In this document: piece after piece, positions 27,860 through 41,033 of the stretch
How the letters are laid out: each line of letters begins with the position of its first letter
Position numbering within the stretch: the stretch's first letter is position 1
From: Octopus vulgaris
Taxonomy: Eukaryota
Length of the DNA: 64,000 bases
NCBI GenBank assembly: GCA_951406725.2
Contig: OX597818.1
Span: 20,212,001 to 20,276,000, forward strand
Reading direction: 5' to 3'
Position numbers and translations under genes: made by a program
Notes under the pieces: generated by a model
Database searches by the model: none
Told to the model about the DNA's origin: nothing
Seen by the model: only the letters and a program-made list of their open reading frames with translations

Positions 27860-28960
27860 GGTGTTGTTATTGCTGATGTTGCTGTTGTTGTTGCTGCTTT
27901 TGATTTTGTATTTTATCTTGCTTTTGCAATCGTCATAGTCGTCGTCGTTGTCATCATCGTCATCATCGCCATCATCATCACTACTACTACCATCACCACC
28001 CCCACCACCATTACTGCCATCATCATCATCGTCAACAACAGCACTTTAAACAAACAATATCTTCATAGTTTTAGAAGAATTCTTTTCATCCTTCTTCTTC
28101 GTTGTCGTCGTCGTCATCGTCGTCGTCATCATCGTCATCATCATCATCTTGTCCGTCAACTTGTTTATTTGGGTCACCATCTGACAAGGTGTTTTTCTGA
28201 CTTCTATAACAAGACGCGATACTCTTTCTTCTTGGCGGGTAATGTTTGATGGCCATGGTAATGGTGATGGTGAAGGCAGGTGATGATGTTGATGGTTGTA
28301 GTAGTGGTGGTGATGGTGATGGTGATCGTTGTGGTGGCGGTCGTGGTGGTTTTGGTATGGTGGTGGTTGTTGTTATTGTGGTGATGTTGTTGTTGTTGGT
28401 GGTGGTGGTGATGGTGGTAGTGGTGGTGAATGTGGTGACGGTGGTGAAGGTGGTGGTGATGGTCATGGTCATGACATGGTGGTGATGAAAGTGATAGTGG
28501 TGGTTGTGATGGTAGTGGTGATAATGTTGGCAGTACCGGAAGTTGTGATGGTCGTGAGAATGATTTTTGTAGTGGTAGCGGTGATAGTGGTGGTGATCTC
28601 AGAAGTAGTGGTAGTGAAAATGGTAGTAGTGGTGGAGAAGATAGTTGTAGAAGTGCGGTGACGGAGATACTGGTGTTGGTGTTGTTGTATGTTGTTGTTG
28701 TTGTTTGTAGTGGTGGTGGCGGCGGCGGTAATGGTGGTGGTGATAGTAGTAGTGATAATCGTAGTAGCGGTGGCAGCGGCGGCGGCAATGGTGGTTTTGT
28801 TGGTCTCCGAAGTGATGGTAATGAAGGTGATAGTGGTGGCGGTGAAGACACTTGCGGTAGTAATCGGTATTGTGTAGTGGTGTTGTTGTTGCTGGTGGTC
28901 GTCGTATTTGGAGAGGAAGGTGGTTGCTACAGCTGTACTGGTGGTGGTGATAATGACAAC
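27860..28960. repeat. Degenerate (CAT/CGT)n then (GGT/AGT)n low-complexity region
   Basis: Directly visible. Confidence 0.85.
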
Positions 28961-29512
28961 TGAAGAGATGCTGAGGAATATGATATAGATGATATGGAAA
29001 CAAACGAAACCTTTCTGACGGGGAAAATTACTTACGGTAGACTAGCTTCCTATCCAGGGATTGGTGGAGGAACTGGAGTTTAGCACACTAATAATAAACG
29101 ACACTTGTGCTTCTTAAATAGATTCTACAAACTTAAAATTTCAAAGCAGCTGGAGTGCCAATCATGGTACATCGAGAGTGAAGCTCTTGGAGAAATAATC
29201 GATGGATTGATTTTAATTCCTTGTAGATTTTAATTCTTTTCAAATGATTTCAAATTAGTTTAGTTGAGTTCAATTCAAGTTGATTCAATTCAAAAGTTTC
29301 GTTCTCTTTTCTAGAAATTTGAAATTTTGTTGTTCTCGCCATCATTACTAACATTGACTATGATAATAATGATGATGATGATGATCATCATCATCATCAC
29401 ACTTGTCATCCTATTCATTACGTTATCATTACATATTCATTAACATATTCATTACGTCATTCAAAAAGCATTACTAGTTAACTTAATTATCCTGGATTTG
29501 GACTTGTAAAAT

Positions 29513-29547
<35 letters not shown>

Positions 29548-29552
<5 letters not shown>

Positions 29553-29860
29553 CGTGATCACTATGACCGACCAGGCTATCAGATGTTGCTACACATCGCT
29601 GGTCACTGTGCGCTTCACATTGTTTTAGCCTTCAAATGACGCCACCCCGCTGGCTAAGCGAGCAGGCCAACAGAAGAAAGAGTGAGAGAAAGTTGTGGCG
29701 AATGAGTACAGCAGGGATCGCCACCACCCCCTGCCGGAGCCTCATGGAGCTTTAGGTGTTTTCGCTCAATAAACACTCACAACGCCCGGTCTGGAAATCG
29801 TTACCGCTATCCTATAACCGCGAGTCCGCTGCCCTAACCACTGGGCCATTGCGCCTCCAC
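29548..29860 (-). mobile_element. SINE family C with RTE-derived 3' tail
   Basis: Head gtggaggcgcaatggcccagtggttagggcagcggactcgcgg; tail matches the end of the RTE remnant at about 35812-35856. Confidence 0.85.
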
Positions 29861-29918
29861 ACACTCACCCCCCCCCCACACACACATGCACACACACAGA
29901 TATACATATACATAATAT

Positions 29919-29994
<76 letters not shown>

Positions 29995-30139
29995 GTAAAT
30001 ACACATACGCACGCTCACTCACATCTGCACATATGTACGCACACATACACATATAAGCAATTACAGCAATTTGCTTGAAGGTTTGAACATTTAAACTTTC
30101 GTTGTATTGTGGTATGGCGAGGAAACATTTCCCGTTCAA

Positions 30140-30885
30140 TATACAACCGGCTCAGGTCAAGATCTGGAGTTCTTCAGATGCACATAAGTAACAACGACTA
30201 ACAGGTCGTTGTATAGCTTTTTCAATAATACTGCACTTTATCATGGCTCCTCTATCAAATATATTTCGCAAGGAGTACCTTAAGTGTGTTTTCGATATGC
30301 ATTTTTACTATGTGACCAGCCAGTTCTACATTTACTCTGCATATTATAAAAATAGTTTTTGACATGTACTTTTCATTGAAAAGGCACCGAATCGACTCTA
30401 TTCAATTGCAATCTGCTTTGAGTTGCTTTTCTGGTGTCTATAGACTTTGGTTGTGATAAGAGATTTGCAATCCAATGCTACCCATACTATTATAAATATC
30501 CTTTTCAGAACATCATATTGTTGAACATCATGTAATATATGTATCAAATGGGGGAATGCTATCTGGTATGTGTAAGAAAGGCCCATGCTACCCTTGTAGA
30601 CACAATTAAATTACAGGGATGATTAAACCAGGTACCTTTTCTATATATTTATTTAGCGCTATATGAAATGGGTTGCGACGTGCATTTCAGCTTTTGTTGA
30701 AATCATAGGCAGTTGCTTCCACTTAAAAAAAAAATCTTTTAGTTGCGTAGAAATCATCATCTGTTCGAGTAGTCCAAACGACCTGTGATAGCGCAGAGGA
30801 TATTTTTTTTTCATAACAAAACATCATGTCGTATAATTCATGTTGTTTATACGAAAATTAAAGTAACAGCAAGCAATATCAGCCG
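30140..30885 (-). pseudogene. Possible very eroded Penelope-like RT remnant followed by a broken hammerhead
   Basis: Faint RT-like peptides in the expected order (YFNF...Y, GLLE, KWKQ, KVPGL, LRYS) and CTGAAGA actc...gag ccggtt lacking GAAA at about 30143-30180. Confidence 0.3.
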
Positions 30886-31004
30886 GTTACATATAATTTT
30901 CCCAACATCACGGATTTAACAAATTTACTATTTATTCGATATATATATATATATATATATATAAGAAAAAAGGTTTGAAAATGCAATTTAAACGATGTTT
31001 ATTT

Positions 31005-31045
31005 ACTTAACCGGTTTCACTCTTTGGTAAAAGATTGTCAAAAGT
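31005..31045 (-). ncRNA. Type I hammerhead-like motif, U3-A8 core
   Basis: actt TTGACAA tcttt tacc aaaga gt GAAA ccgg TT aagt. Confidence 0.45.
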
Positions 31046-31074
31046 TACATTTAAGGAAACATTGAATAATATGG

Positions 31075-31205
31075 GTTCAAAAAAGTTTTTTACATAATTG
31101 TCACATTGAATATTATGCATTCAAAAAAGTTTTTACATAATTGTCACATTGGATATTATGAATTCAAAAATGTTTTTTTATACATAATTGTCACATTACA
31201 TGTAT
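31075..31205 (+). repeat. Three-copy tandem repeat, unit about 44-47 bp
   Basis: ttcaaaaaagttttttacataattgtcacattg.atattatg repeated. Confidence 0.85.
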
Positions 31206-31624
31206 AAATATAGTGTTTGGTAACAGAGAAGTTCAATAGTGTGATGAGAATATTTGGGAAAATTTGGCAGAAAAGGATAAAACAAATATATTATTGGGAA
31301 TTGGTTGCGTTAATTATTGGTTGTCGCAAATTGTCACATTACATGTATATATATACAATCTTTGGTATATATATACAGCCTTTTGACAGCAAAAATTAAA
31401 ATGGATTTTTTATACATCTCAGAATATTTTAAGTACAAGGCGAGAATATGTTTTTACTGACCTGTCGGTATTAGCAGAAAGGCTGAACTGAGAGAACAGA
31501 GGAAGTAGCCAATGTGGTGTATACTTCCTCTTTATGCATGAATGATTTTGGGGTTATCAGGAGGTTAGTATGCGGGTGTGAATAGATGTGTCCGTGCCCG
31601 CTGGTCAGATAGCGTCTGTTTGTC

Positions 31625-31680
<56 letters not shown>

Positions 31681-32056
31681 CACTCTCACACATACATCAC
31701 CTACATATATATAATGCATGCGTGTGCATGCCACGTATGTGTGCGGTCAATGCCCGCTAGTGTGTCCTATGCGTGCCGATGCGCGCATGTGCCCGCCCGC
31801 ACGATATGCTGTGAGCGTGCGCGCGTCCCTGTGTGCCTGCTCTGGATATGTTTCCAGGGGGTATGTTAGAGTATGTTTAGTTGTGGTCTGTATTTTTGAA
31901 TAAGATTACTTTCCTTATTTATTCGTGTTTGGTCTGTGGTGTTGTCCGAGCATTGGTATAGTGGGAAGACTAAGAATTTTGGGGACTTATTGTGTGCACA
32001 AAGGTCTAAGTGTCCACTTAGTGGTATCTGTCTTGTGGAGGGGTCCCCCAACTCAA

Positions 32057-32105
<49 letters not shown>

Positions 32106-32111
32106 AGAAAG

Positions 32112-32392
32112 AGACTGACTTTGTTACGATGTTTCGTATCCGAGACGCAGATATAAAGAATGAAATCTCAGATGAAAAATGGGTAGTACGCGAATATGAC
32201 ATATTTCGGGAATTATTGCATCCAATCCATTAAATATCTACGAACTCATAGCTTAAATAGCCACTAGATATGGCGGTATAACGTTATTCGATGTACCAAT
32301 TTACATATTTTACCCATTCTTCATCTTCGAGCTCATTGTTTGTTTATATCTAGCGTTTCGGATACGAAACGTCGTACCAAAACCAGTGCTGA
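32112..32392. mobile_element. Degenerate MITE-like inverted repeat
   Basis: tacgatgtttcgtatccgagacgcagatataaa...gatgaaaaatgggta / tacccattcttcatc...tttatatctagcgtttcggatacgaaacgtcgta. Confidence 0.6.
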
Positions 32393-32625
32393 CTATAATT
32401 TCTATAGAAAATCTGTAGAGATAATCTTAACAAGTGATGTAAGAGCACTGCTAACACAGTAGTACTCAGTATTGACGTATAAAAACGTTTAATATACTTT
32501 GCAGCATATAATGCTTGCGTAAAGAAGTACCATGTCCCTACAAGTCATTAATATATAAGTGTATGAATGCGTGTGTATGTATTTTATAGCTTGCTAAATA
32601 TGTGCATATACATATGTGTGTGTGT

Positions 32626-33365
32626 GAGTGGCTGTGTGGTAGGTAGCTTGCTTACGAACCACATGGTTTCGGGTTCATTCCCACTGCGTGGCATCTTGGG
32701 CAAGTGTCTTCTGCTATAGCCTCGGGCCGACCAAAGCCTTGTGAGTGGATTTGGTAGATGGAAACTGGAAGAAGCCCGTCGTATATATATATATATATCG
32801 AACACACATACACGAGGTATGTGTAGTACCTTTTCATGGGCAGGCTGCCATTATAGGCGCAAGAGAATGTATTCTCATCAATTCTCTTGGTGTTAAAGCG
32901 CCTGTAAGTCATACACAAGCGAAATAATTAGCATCAGGTCCCGTTATCTTGCTTGTCTATGACTTCCTGGTGTTTTAACGCCAGGCCAGTTAACAAGAAT
33001 ATATTCTTTTACGCCTATAATAGCAGCCTACCCACGAACTGGCAATACACATACCTTGTGTATGTGTGTTCGATCTTGTTTATATACCTCGGGCTGCCAC
33101 TCATTCATAGTTGCACGCGCGTACGTACCCCCCACACGCACACACGTATATATCTGTATGTACGTGTGTATCTTTGTATCTGTTCACAACTTTTGACAAC
33201 CAATGTTGGTTCGCTTACGACCCCGTATCTTATCGAAAGAATAAGTACTAAATCTTAAACTAAAAAAAAAAAGCAATAGGGGTGATTTGTTCGAATAAAA
33301 CCCTTGAAGGCGGTGTTCCAGGATGGTCGCATTCCAATGACTGAAACACATAAAAGAAGAAAAAA
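32626..33365 (+). mobile_element. SINE family A split at its internal (TA)n by a later insertion
   Basis: 5' half 32626-32785; diverged 3' half about 33160-33365. Confidence 0.7.
32797..33114. mobile_element. Inverted-repeat form of family P3 (same family as 42497-42925)
   Basis: 32797-33074 folds back on itself (atcgaacacacatacacgaggtatgtgta / tacacataccttgtgtatgtgtgttcgat and inner arms) with a 40-nt unique extension; 32943-33114 aligns to about 42755-42925. Confidence 0.75.
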
Positions 33366-34313
33366 GAAGACACACACACACAGACGGACAGACATGTGCG
33401 TGTTTATCTATATATTACACCATGTATATATATATAAATAACTTTAAAAGACAAAAATAAAGCAGAGAATATCAAACAGCTATTTCTGTAGCGCTTAAGA
33501 TATTTTCCATTCTTTAAATCCATCCGGAAATTTAACTTTTATCAACAAATCTGTATGGATGGAAATATAAAGGATATGGAAAAACAAAACAAATACAAGA
33601 CAGAAAGAAATCAACAACAGTATAAGAATATGAATTTAATTTTAAGAATTCGAAACATTTTAATAATGTCGTAAACACTTTTTTCTTTTATTATTTCTGT
33701 CTTTTCAGACAATTTGTTTTTTATTCATTTTAACTGTTCCTATATTTTTTTTCTTTGTTGAAGAAAATGTTTTGTGAACATGGTTGAGTGGTTAAGAGCT
33801 TGCTTTGCAACCACGCGGCTCCAGGTTCAGTCCCACTGCACAATACTTCTACTATAGCTCCGGGTTGATCAATGTCTTGTGAGTGAGTTCGCTAGACAGA
33901 AACCAGGTGGACGGCTGCCATAAGTTAGATTGGCCCAGGTCATGTTTAACTTAATAGCTGATAGGATTTCTTAAGTGATTTTTAAATCAAGTTTTGTAGC
34001 ATCATGGCCCATTCAAGTAGGGAGTAGCTGTTGACTGAAATGCATCCAGATACAGGTGGCTTATCTGTTATCCCTTGAAAAAATTTGCTCAGGTTTTGTG
34101 AATATTTCATTATTTTCACAATATGGAGAATACATACATACCTACATTATATATATCCTTAATGCTAGTATTTTACCTGTCTGCCAGTGTTTTAAATCGA
34201 AAAAGACCTTTGGTTCTACTCTGAATCTTTCGTACAAACCTGTTTGTCTTTCATCTAAAACATACCTTAGTTTTGCTTTGAGTTCTGTTTGACTTGTTTG
34301 TGGTGCCAAAGAT

Positions 34314-34377
<64 letters not shown>

Positions 34378-34408
34378 CTTGTAGTTTCAGCTCATAGCTG
34401 CGGTCATG

Positions 34409-34453
<45 letters not shown>

Positions 34454-34460
34454 ATGTATA

Positions 34461-34560
<100 letters not shown>

Positions 34561-34844
34561 CATACACTTATGTACACACAGACACGTCGCGCACGCACAC
34601 ACATTTGTATATTTTGTATTTGAATACTATGCTTTAATCTATCTGAAGGAAAGTAAAATATCTTTGCTGTGAAAAGAGTCGAATACCATTTTGCTTGATA
34701 AGAAGGGTGATAAGGAAGATTTTAAAACCTATTGGCTCATATTTCCTCTTGTCTCTCCTCAATATCTCTCCACACAATCGAAACATCTCGATGACCTGTA
34801 CCCGAGGGAGCAAGTAGACATTCGCAAGAACTACCGTACGATGT

Positions 34845-35860
34845 ATCACGTGTTCATCCTAACATAGCTTACAGACTGAGCGAAAGAATACGGGTTTCCT
34901 TGGTGCATTACTTTTGTCGACTATAGAAAAGCCTTCGACAGTATCGAAACGAATGCAGCGCTGAAATCTCTGGACATGCAATGGTCCAGTCGCAACACAC
35001 GAAATTGTTCAACGATGTGAACTCTGGATGCACCACTGATATAATTCTACTATCGCTACCTATAAGAGTTCCAATTAGAAATGTCTGGAAATGGTCAGAG
35101 ATATTTACTGAAAAAGTGGCGCAAACATCAATAGTAAGTTACTTACATACCTACGATACGCAGATGACGTTGTACTCATCGCCAAACCATAGATTAGCTG
35201 CAGACTATGCTAACGGAACTGGACTCCTTGGCTCAGTAGTCGACCTTCAACTGAACCGCATGAAAATAAAATACATGCCGCCTGAAAGGTCGAACAGAGG
35301 TGGGAAGCGACGTGCCAAGACATGGATACTGAAATCTCGAAGAAAATAAGAGCAGGATGGGAGGCGTTTTCCTCATTAAAGGATATGTTCAAAGCAAAAC
35401 TGGACATGACTATACGCCGTGTTCAGTTTTAGCACCACCTTAGGTGAACTCTTATACGCAAGTGAGGCGTAGGATACTACGAAGAAGGAAGAACGTCGAT
35501 TGGCGATGACTCAAAGAATCCTGGGAAGATACATGCGAGGTATGTCATTTCTGGAGCATATCCGAAATGAGATAATTCGTAAAAGGAGAGGAGTGGGCTA
35601 CGTAATCGCAGATTACTGGAAAGTTCCGTTCGGCCGGACATGCCGCAAAGTTAACAGACAACATGTGGACCCGTGCAGTTGCCAAATGCTAATCAAGAGA
35701 TCGGAAAAGGTCATTCGGAAAAACTCCACGATAATGAGAAGGCGATTGAGTTAAACGATTTGGGCCAAGATGAAAAAGAATGGCACAAAAAAAAAAGACT
35801 AATTGGAAACACATTGTGACCAGCTATGTATAACAACATCCAATAGCCTGATCAATACGT
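34845..35860 (+). pseudogene. RTE-clade LINE reverse transcriptase remnant with 3' end
   Basis: EYGFPWCITFVDYRKAFDSIE (FVD at 34913), LRYADDVVLIA (YADD 35157-35168, different frame), EISKKIRAGWEAF, LLYASEA*DTTKKEERRL...EHIRNEIIRKR. Confidence 0.9.
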
Positions 35861-35882
35861 ACGGGGTGTGTGTGTGTGTGTT

Positions 35883-35932
<50 letters not shown>

Positions 35933-36053
35933 TGTGTGTGTCTGTGTGTGTGTAAACATTTCCTCAAATGGAGGCCATAAAACTGATAATTTTCCTAATG
36001 TTCAGAAATATATACGCACATACAGTTACGCACGCACGCACTCACGCTCGCAC

Positions 36054-36093
<40 letters not shown>

Positions 36094-36453
36094 ATACATA
36101 CACACACAGATACACATATATGCGTATTTATATCTCTGTATATGTAAATGTATGTCTATACTATGTAGACAATATGATCTCACAACTAATTCAACATGAA
36201 CGACATTCTAGTTACTTTTATATATGAGCATCATGATGAAAAAAAAGGACAAAATCATTTCGTGTAAACTACTACTACTACTACTAATAATAATAATAAT
36301 AATAATAATACTTAGCCAGTTCCATCTCCAAGCATATTACCATCAACTCCGAACGCCCTCATACCTATCCAATCACGCATACACACACAAACACGGAAAT
36401 ATATTCTTGCAATCTTTCACCCAAGCATGCTCACGCGATCACAAACACAACAT

Positions 36454-36498
<45 letters not shown>

Positions 36499-37443
36499 AA
36501 CAAACACACACGCACACATACATGTATGACTATGTATGTATTTGTGTATATGTGTGTTTATGTTTATGTGTGTATGCATATATACAAATGAAAAATTTAC
36601 ACAAACTGAGAAACCCACATAGAGAAACACTCACACATACACACACATCCCTTTACATGCATTCACACACACTCATACATATACACATATATCAGACTCA
36701 TTACCCAAGTCACATGTAAATATCGGTGTCACTCTAAATCTCATCTTTCCCTTGCAATTCGTGTTTTACACGGCTGAAGGCTTAGGTTCGGGTTTCAAAC
36801 TAGGAAAATGCTATAATTTGAGAAGAGAAAAAGGGAGGGCTTTTTTTGTTTGTTCTTTTATACATATTTTTTTAAATATTGTTAGTACTTTATAATCACT
36901 TTTATTTGTTTTGATGTTGGTTTCTGGTTTTTATTCCTTAAAAAAAATGTTTTCCCTCTATTCTTGGCTGTTTACTTTTTACCTCATAATCTACATAGAG
37001 ATAGTTTATAAATATATGTGTGTACATAATATATATATATATATACACACATACCCTACATTCAAGCATATATACATACACACACGTAATTAACTACAAG
37101 CGCAACAAACTCGAATTACCAATTTACCTACATGACTACAACACCCAACATGGTTTTCCTCCCGGAAGAAACAGCTAAGCATAAATTCTACAACAACGTA
37201 ACCAAATTCTGAAGAATCGCTTATCTGGATCAAAACGGAGCCTGAGAGATTGCTTAGAGATACATAACGTGTTTTATAAATATGCCTAGTTAAAGTATCA
37301 TAAAAGTATGAAACTATTAGTAGCTCTTTCGATTGTGTATTAAATTAATATTTATCTTTCACTAGATGGAGTACTTTTTTTTGTGGATTCTACCTATATT
37401 GAATCTTATTGGATCTATCTATCTCTCTTTCTCTCTCTGCATA

Positions 37444-37497
<54 letters not shown>

Positions 37498-37498
37498 T

Positions 37499-37662
37499 AG
37501 GTGCAGTCGTGGCGGTGTGGTAAATAGCTTGTTTACCAACAACATAGTTCCAGGTTCAGTCCCACTGCGTGGCACCTTGGGCAAGTGTCTTCTACTAAGG
37601 CCTCGGGCCGACCAAAACCTTGTGAGTGGATTTTGTAGACGGAAACTGAAAAAAGCCTGTCG

Positions 37663-37748
<86 letters not shown>

Positions 37749-37945
37749 TGTGTCTGTGTTTGTCCCCCCATCATCGCTTGACAACCGATGCTAGTGTGTT
37801 TACTTAGCGGTTCGGCAAAGAGACCGATAGAATAAGTACTAGGCTTACAAAGAATAAGTTCTGGGGTCGATTTGTTCGACTAAAGGCGGTGCTCCAGCAT
37901 GGCCGCAGTCAAATGACTGAAACAAATAAGAGAAAAGAAAAAGAA
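37499..37945 (+). mobile_element. SINE family A, full length with expanded internal (TA)n(TG)n
   Basis: Matches 5652 and 42040. Confidence 0.9.
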
Positions 37946-37967
37946 GGATATATATATATATATATAT

Positions 37968-38217
37968 TGATAAAAATGGGAAGACAACAAAAGAAAGAGA
38001 CCTCGATATTATGTAAATAGAGGAATTTATCTGTAAATGTAATATGTGACAATTATTCGGTAGCCATGATAAAACTCCGAGTTTCGGATGCCGATGTGGA
38101 AACCACCATCGATGGCCGGATAACTGAAGAGATGGCGGCATAGTTTTCCACCTCGGCATCCAAAACTCGGAGTTTTATCATGGCTACCCCGAATAATTGT
38201 CACATATTACATTTACA
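37968..38217. mobile_element. Leader plus inverted repeat element containing a hammerhead motif
   Basis: Arms 38032-38103 / 38143-38217; HHR on + strand 38119-38179. Confidence 0.75.
38119..38179 (+). ncRNA. Type I hammerhead motif with G12A change in this arm
   Basis: gataa CTGAAGA gatg...catc c AAAA ctcggag TT ttatc; the inverted arm keeps GAAA (tttc at 38082-38085). Confidence 0.6.
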
Positions 38218-38224
38218 TATATAT

Positions 38225-39013
38225 GGAAAATACGAAGAAAAAAGTGAAAATGCACTTTGAATATAAAAAAAATAAAGGCTTTTTTATGAAAAGTAGCGAT
38301 AAATAAATACAATTAGATGAACTAAGGTAGAATTAAGAGGAATTAAATTCATTATTTTGAATTGTTAAAGAGATTTAAAGTCAAACCGGTTTCGTCATTA
38401 TTGTTCACTAGCTTTGAATGCGCACCAATTGGTTTGACTTTAAATCTCTTTAACAATTCAAAATAATGAATTTAATTCCTCTTAATTCTACCTCAATTCA
38501 TCTAATTGTATTTATTTATCGATACTTTTCATAGTGGAGGCGCAATGGCCCAGTGGTTAGGGCAGCGGACTCGCGGTTGTAGGATCGCGGTTTCGATTCC
38601 CAGACCGGGCGTTGTGAGTGTGTGTTGAGCGAAAACACCTAAAGCTCCACGAGGCTCCGGCAGGGGATGGTGGTGATCCCTGCTGTACTCTTTCACCACA
38701 ACTTTCTCTCACTCTTTCTTCCTGGCCTTGTCACTCTCTGTGTCACGCTGAATATCCCCGAGAACTACGTTAAGGGTACACGTGTCTGTGGAGTGCTCAG
38801 CCACTTACACGTTAATTTCACGAGCAGGCTGTTCCGTTGGTCGGATCAACCGGAACCCTCATCGTCGTAACTGACGGAGTGCTTCCCACTTTTCATAAAA
38901 AATGCCTTTACTTTTTTTGATATTCAATGTGCATTTTCGCTTTTTTTTCTTCTTCTTACTTTCCCCATATCTTTTCCACGTGTACTTTATATTTTCTTTT
39001 TGATATATATTTC

Positions 39014-39020
<7 letters not shown>
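38225..39020. mobile_element. Long inverted repeat element whose right arm is interrupted by a SINE
   Basis: Left arm about 38235-38388; right arm 38431-38533 plus 38898-38955; HHR half-site GAAAccggTT on minus at the inner end of the left arm; outer end resembles 60165-60255. Confidence 0.75.
38534..38887 (+). mobile_element. SINE family C with a third tail type and 10-bp TSD
   Basis: A box tggcccagtgg, B box ggtttcgattcc; TSD acttttcata (38524-38533 / 38888-38897). Confidence 0.9.
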
Positions 39021-39063
<43 letters not shown>

Positions 39064-39272
39064 GCGCGCACATATACTCACACTCTCACACACACATATA
39101 TACCTTTATTTCACAATATCCTTTGACAAGACTGGCCAAAGAATCTTATGTCACAGACTGAAAAATTGTTAGCATAAGGACATCGGGCATTCAGGTTTTT
39201 GATTTGTTGACCATAGAGGTCTGTCCGTAAAGTTTGCGATAATAAATGGAGTAGAATGAGAACTTGTACCAG

Positions 39273-39480
39273 ACGCGAGCTGGTAGAATCGTTAGCACGC
39301 TCGGCAAAGTGCTTAGTGACATTTCGTCCGTCTGCACATTCAAATTCCGTCGAGGTTGACTTTACCTTTTATCCTTCCGGGTCGATAAAATAAGTACCAG
39401 TTGATCACTTGTGTCGATGTAATTGACTTATCCCTTCCCCCTGAAACTGCTGGCGTTGTGCCAAAATTTGAAATCGTTAT
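39273..39480 (+). mobile_element. SINE family B, near full length
   Basis: gcgagctggtagaatcgttagcacg...ttcaaattccgtcgaggttgactttacc...gtcgataaaataagtaccag...ttgtgccaaaatttgaaa. Confidence 0.85.
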
Positions 39481-39574
39481 TATAATGTAATCAGTCATTA
39501 GATAAAGAATATACTCTTGATCATAGTGAACGATTGTGCCGACAAACGAAGGCTTCATTTTCTTTCTTTGTTGT

Positions 39575-39865
39575 TATTTCACTTGTTTCAGTCACTTGAC
39601 TGCGCCGATGCTGGAGCCCCGCCTTGAAGGGTTTAAGTTGAGTTATGAGAACGTAAATAAACGAACTCCTGTTGTCAAGAGGTGCGTGGAGAGAAGCGCA
39701 GATAAACGCTCACACAAACACACACGCGTACATATTTACAAAGGAAGCGACACTTCCCGTTCAGTAAATTCACTCACATTAGAAGACACTTAACAAGGGT
39801 TCGCAAAGTGAAACTGAACCCGAAACTACGTAGTTGCAAAGCGAGCTCCTTAACCACATAGCCAC
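39575..39865 (-). mobile_element. SINE family A, old diverged copy
   Basis: acttgtttcagtca.ttgactgcgccgatgctggagc...agaagacactt...actgaacccgaaac...ccacatagccac. Confidence 0.7.
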
Positions 39866-39884
39866 AACTAAGCAATGGATAATA

Positions 39885-40130
39885 ATATTTTATACCATCT
39901 ATTAGGGATTTTTAAAATCCTTGAGATGATGCGATAAATTTATTTCGATATCTTTATCTTACATTGTGTTTCTGTCGCCAGAGTCCGTTCCTTGCATGCA
40001 TAAAAGTTGAAAAGTATACATGCATGCAGGAATCCGATTTTGCTTTTCATTGGAATATTCCTACCTCTCCATATTGGCTTGGAATTAGTGAGGGCCGTCA
40101 TTGAACGTGCGGCTCTTGCAAAGATTTCAC
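39885..40130 (-). pseudogene. RTE-clade LINE fragment (post-RT region)
   Basis: EIFARAARSMTALTNSKPIWRGRNIPMKSKIGFLHACILFNFYACKERTL...RILKIP (cf. EI..RIA....AL..LKPIW...I..KSKI....LYACESWTL). Confidence 0.7.
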
Positions 40131-40580
40131 CCCAATTAACTCGTAAATGTCTTCAAGGTTCCCCTTCATGGAGTCTGTACAAGCTTAGGTTGTGGTGTCT
40201 AGATTGTATAAAGATGACACTTGAGAGTACTGTGAGTAGTGAATAATATGATCTACGTAAAGACGATATCATCTACATAGAATTAGGTGTTGTTGGGTAG
40301 GGGTGGGGGCAACTACAAAGTAGGTCATAGTTGTACAGAAGTAATGAGGGGATGAAACCAATCCCTGTGAAACATAAAAATTGCAAGAGGGGGGTGGATC
40401 AGAGGGAGTGCTTTAAGTACACGCAACGATGTTACAATCCGGCTGGAAACAAACTATCCAAGAGATGAGAAATAAATTGAACTCATAGCCGGGCAGCTTT
40501 GCCGATGTCGAATACAGCAACACTGTTCTCACTGTTTCTTAGGGTGGATGACGTAGGACAGCATTTGTCCAGTTGACCTG
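40131..40580 (-). pseudogene. CR1/Jockey-like LINE RT core fragment
   Basis: ENSVAVFDIGKA (cf. ALDISKAFD), VSQGLVSSP (cf. GVPQGSVLSP), FYVDD (40268-40279) in the expected order across frameshifts. Confidence 0.55.
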
Positions 40581-40942
40581 ACTTTATGAAACAAACACAC
40601 ACTTGCACACACGCGCACTCACGCATACATACATACATCATCACGCACACTCGCTATCACATACATGCACATGCTCATTCAAATACACAAATGCATACAC
40701 ACACACACACAGACGCATACACATTGAGATTTACACACACACTTCTGTGTTTTATTTAAAGCTTCGTTTTTCTAAAAGCAAAAACCAATTATACACTAAT
40801 TTCTGTATATTAACTAGATTTCCCGTTTGCAAATACAAACGTTCATGAATACACACTCGTACACACATATAATACATGCATGTGTGTGTGTGTGTGTGCG
40901 TGCGTGTGTGTGTGTGTAAATGTATTATATATGAATGTGTGC

Positions 40943-41033
<91 letters not shown>

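Noticed and set aside
31075-31205. CRISPR-like repeat array
   Set aside because: Adjacent tandem units with no unique spacers, eukaryotic context, no cas genes.
38534-38610. tRNA gene
   Set aside because: A and B boxes are present, but it continues into a SINE body with TSD and lacks a proper acceptor stem; it is a SINE head. No amino-acid identity assigned.
39120-39175. TTGACAA...GAAA U3-A8 hammerhead candidate
   Set aside because: Stem II and stem I cannot be formed convincingly.
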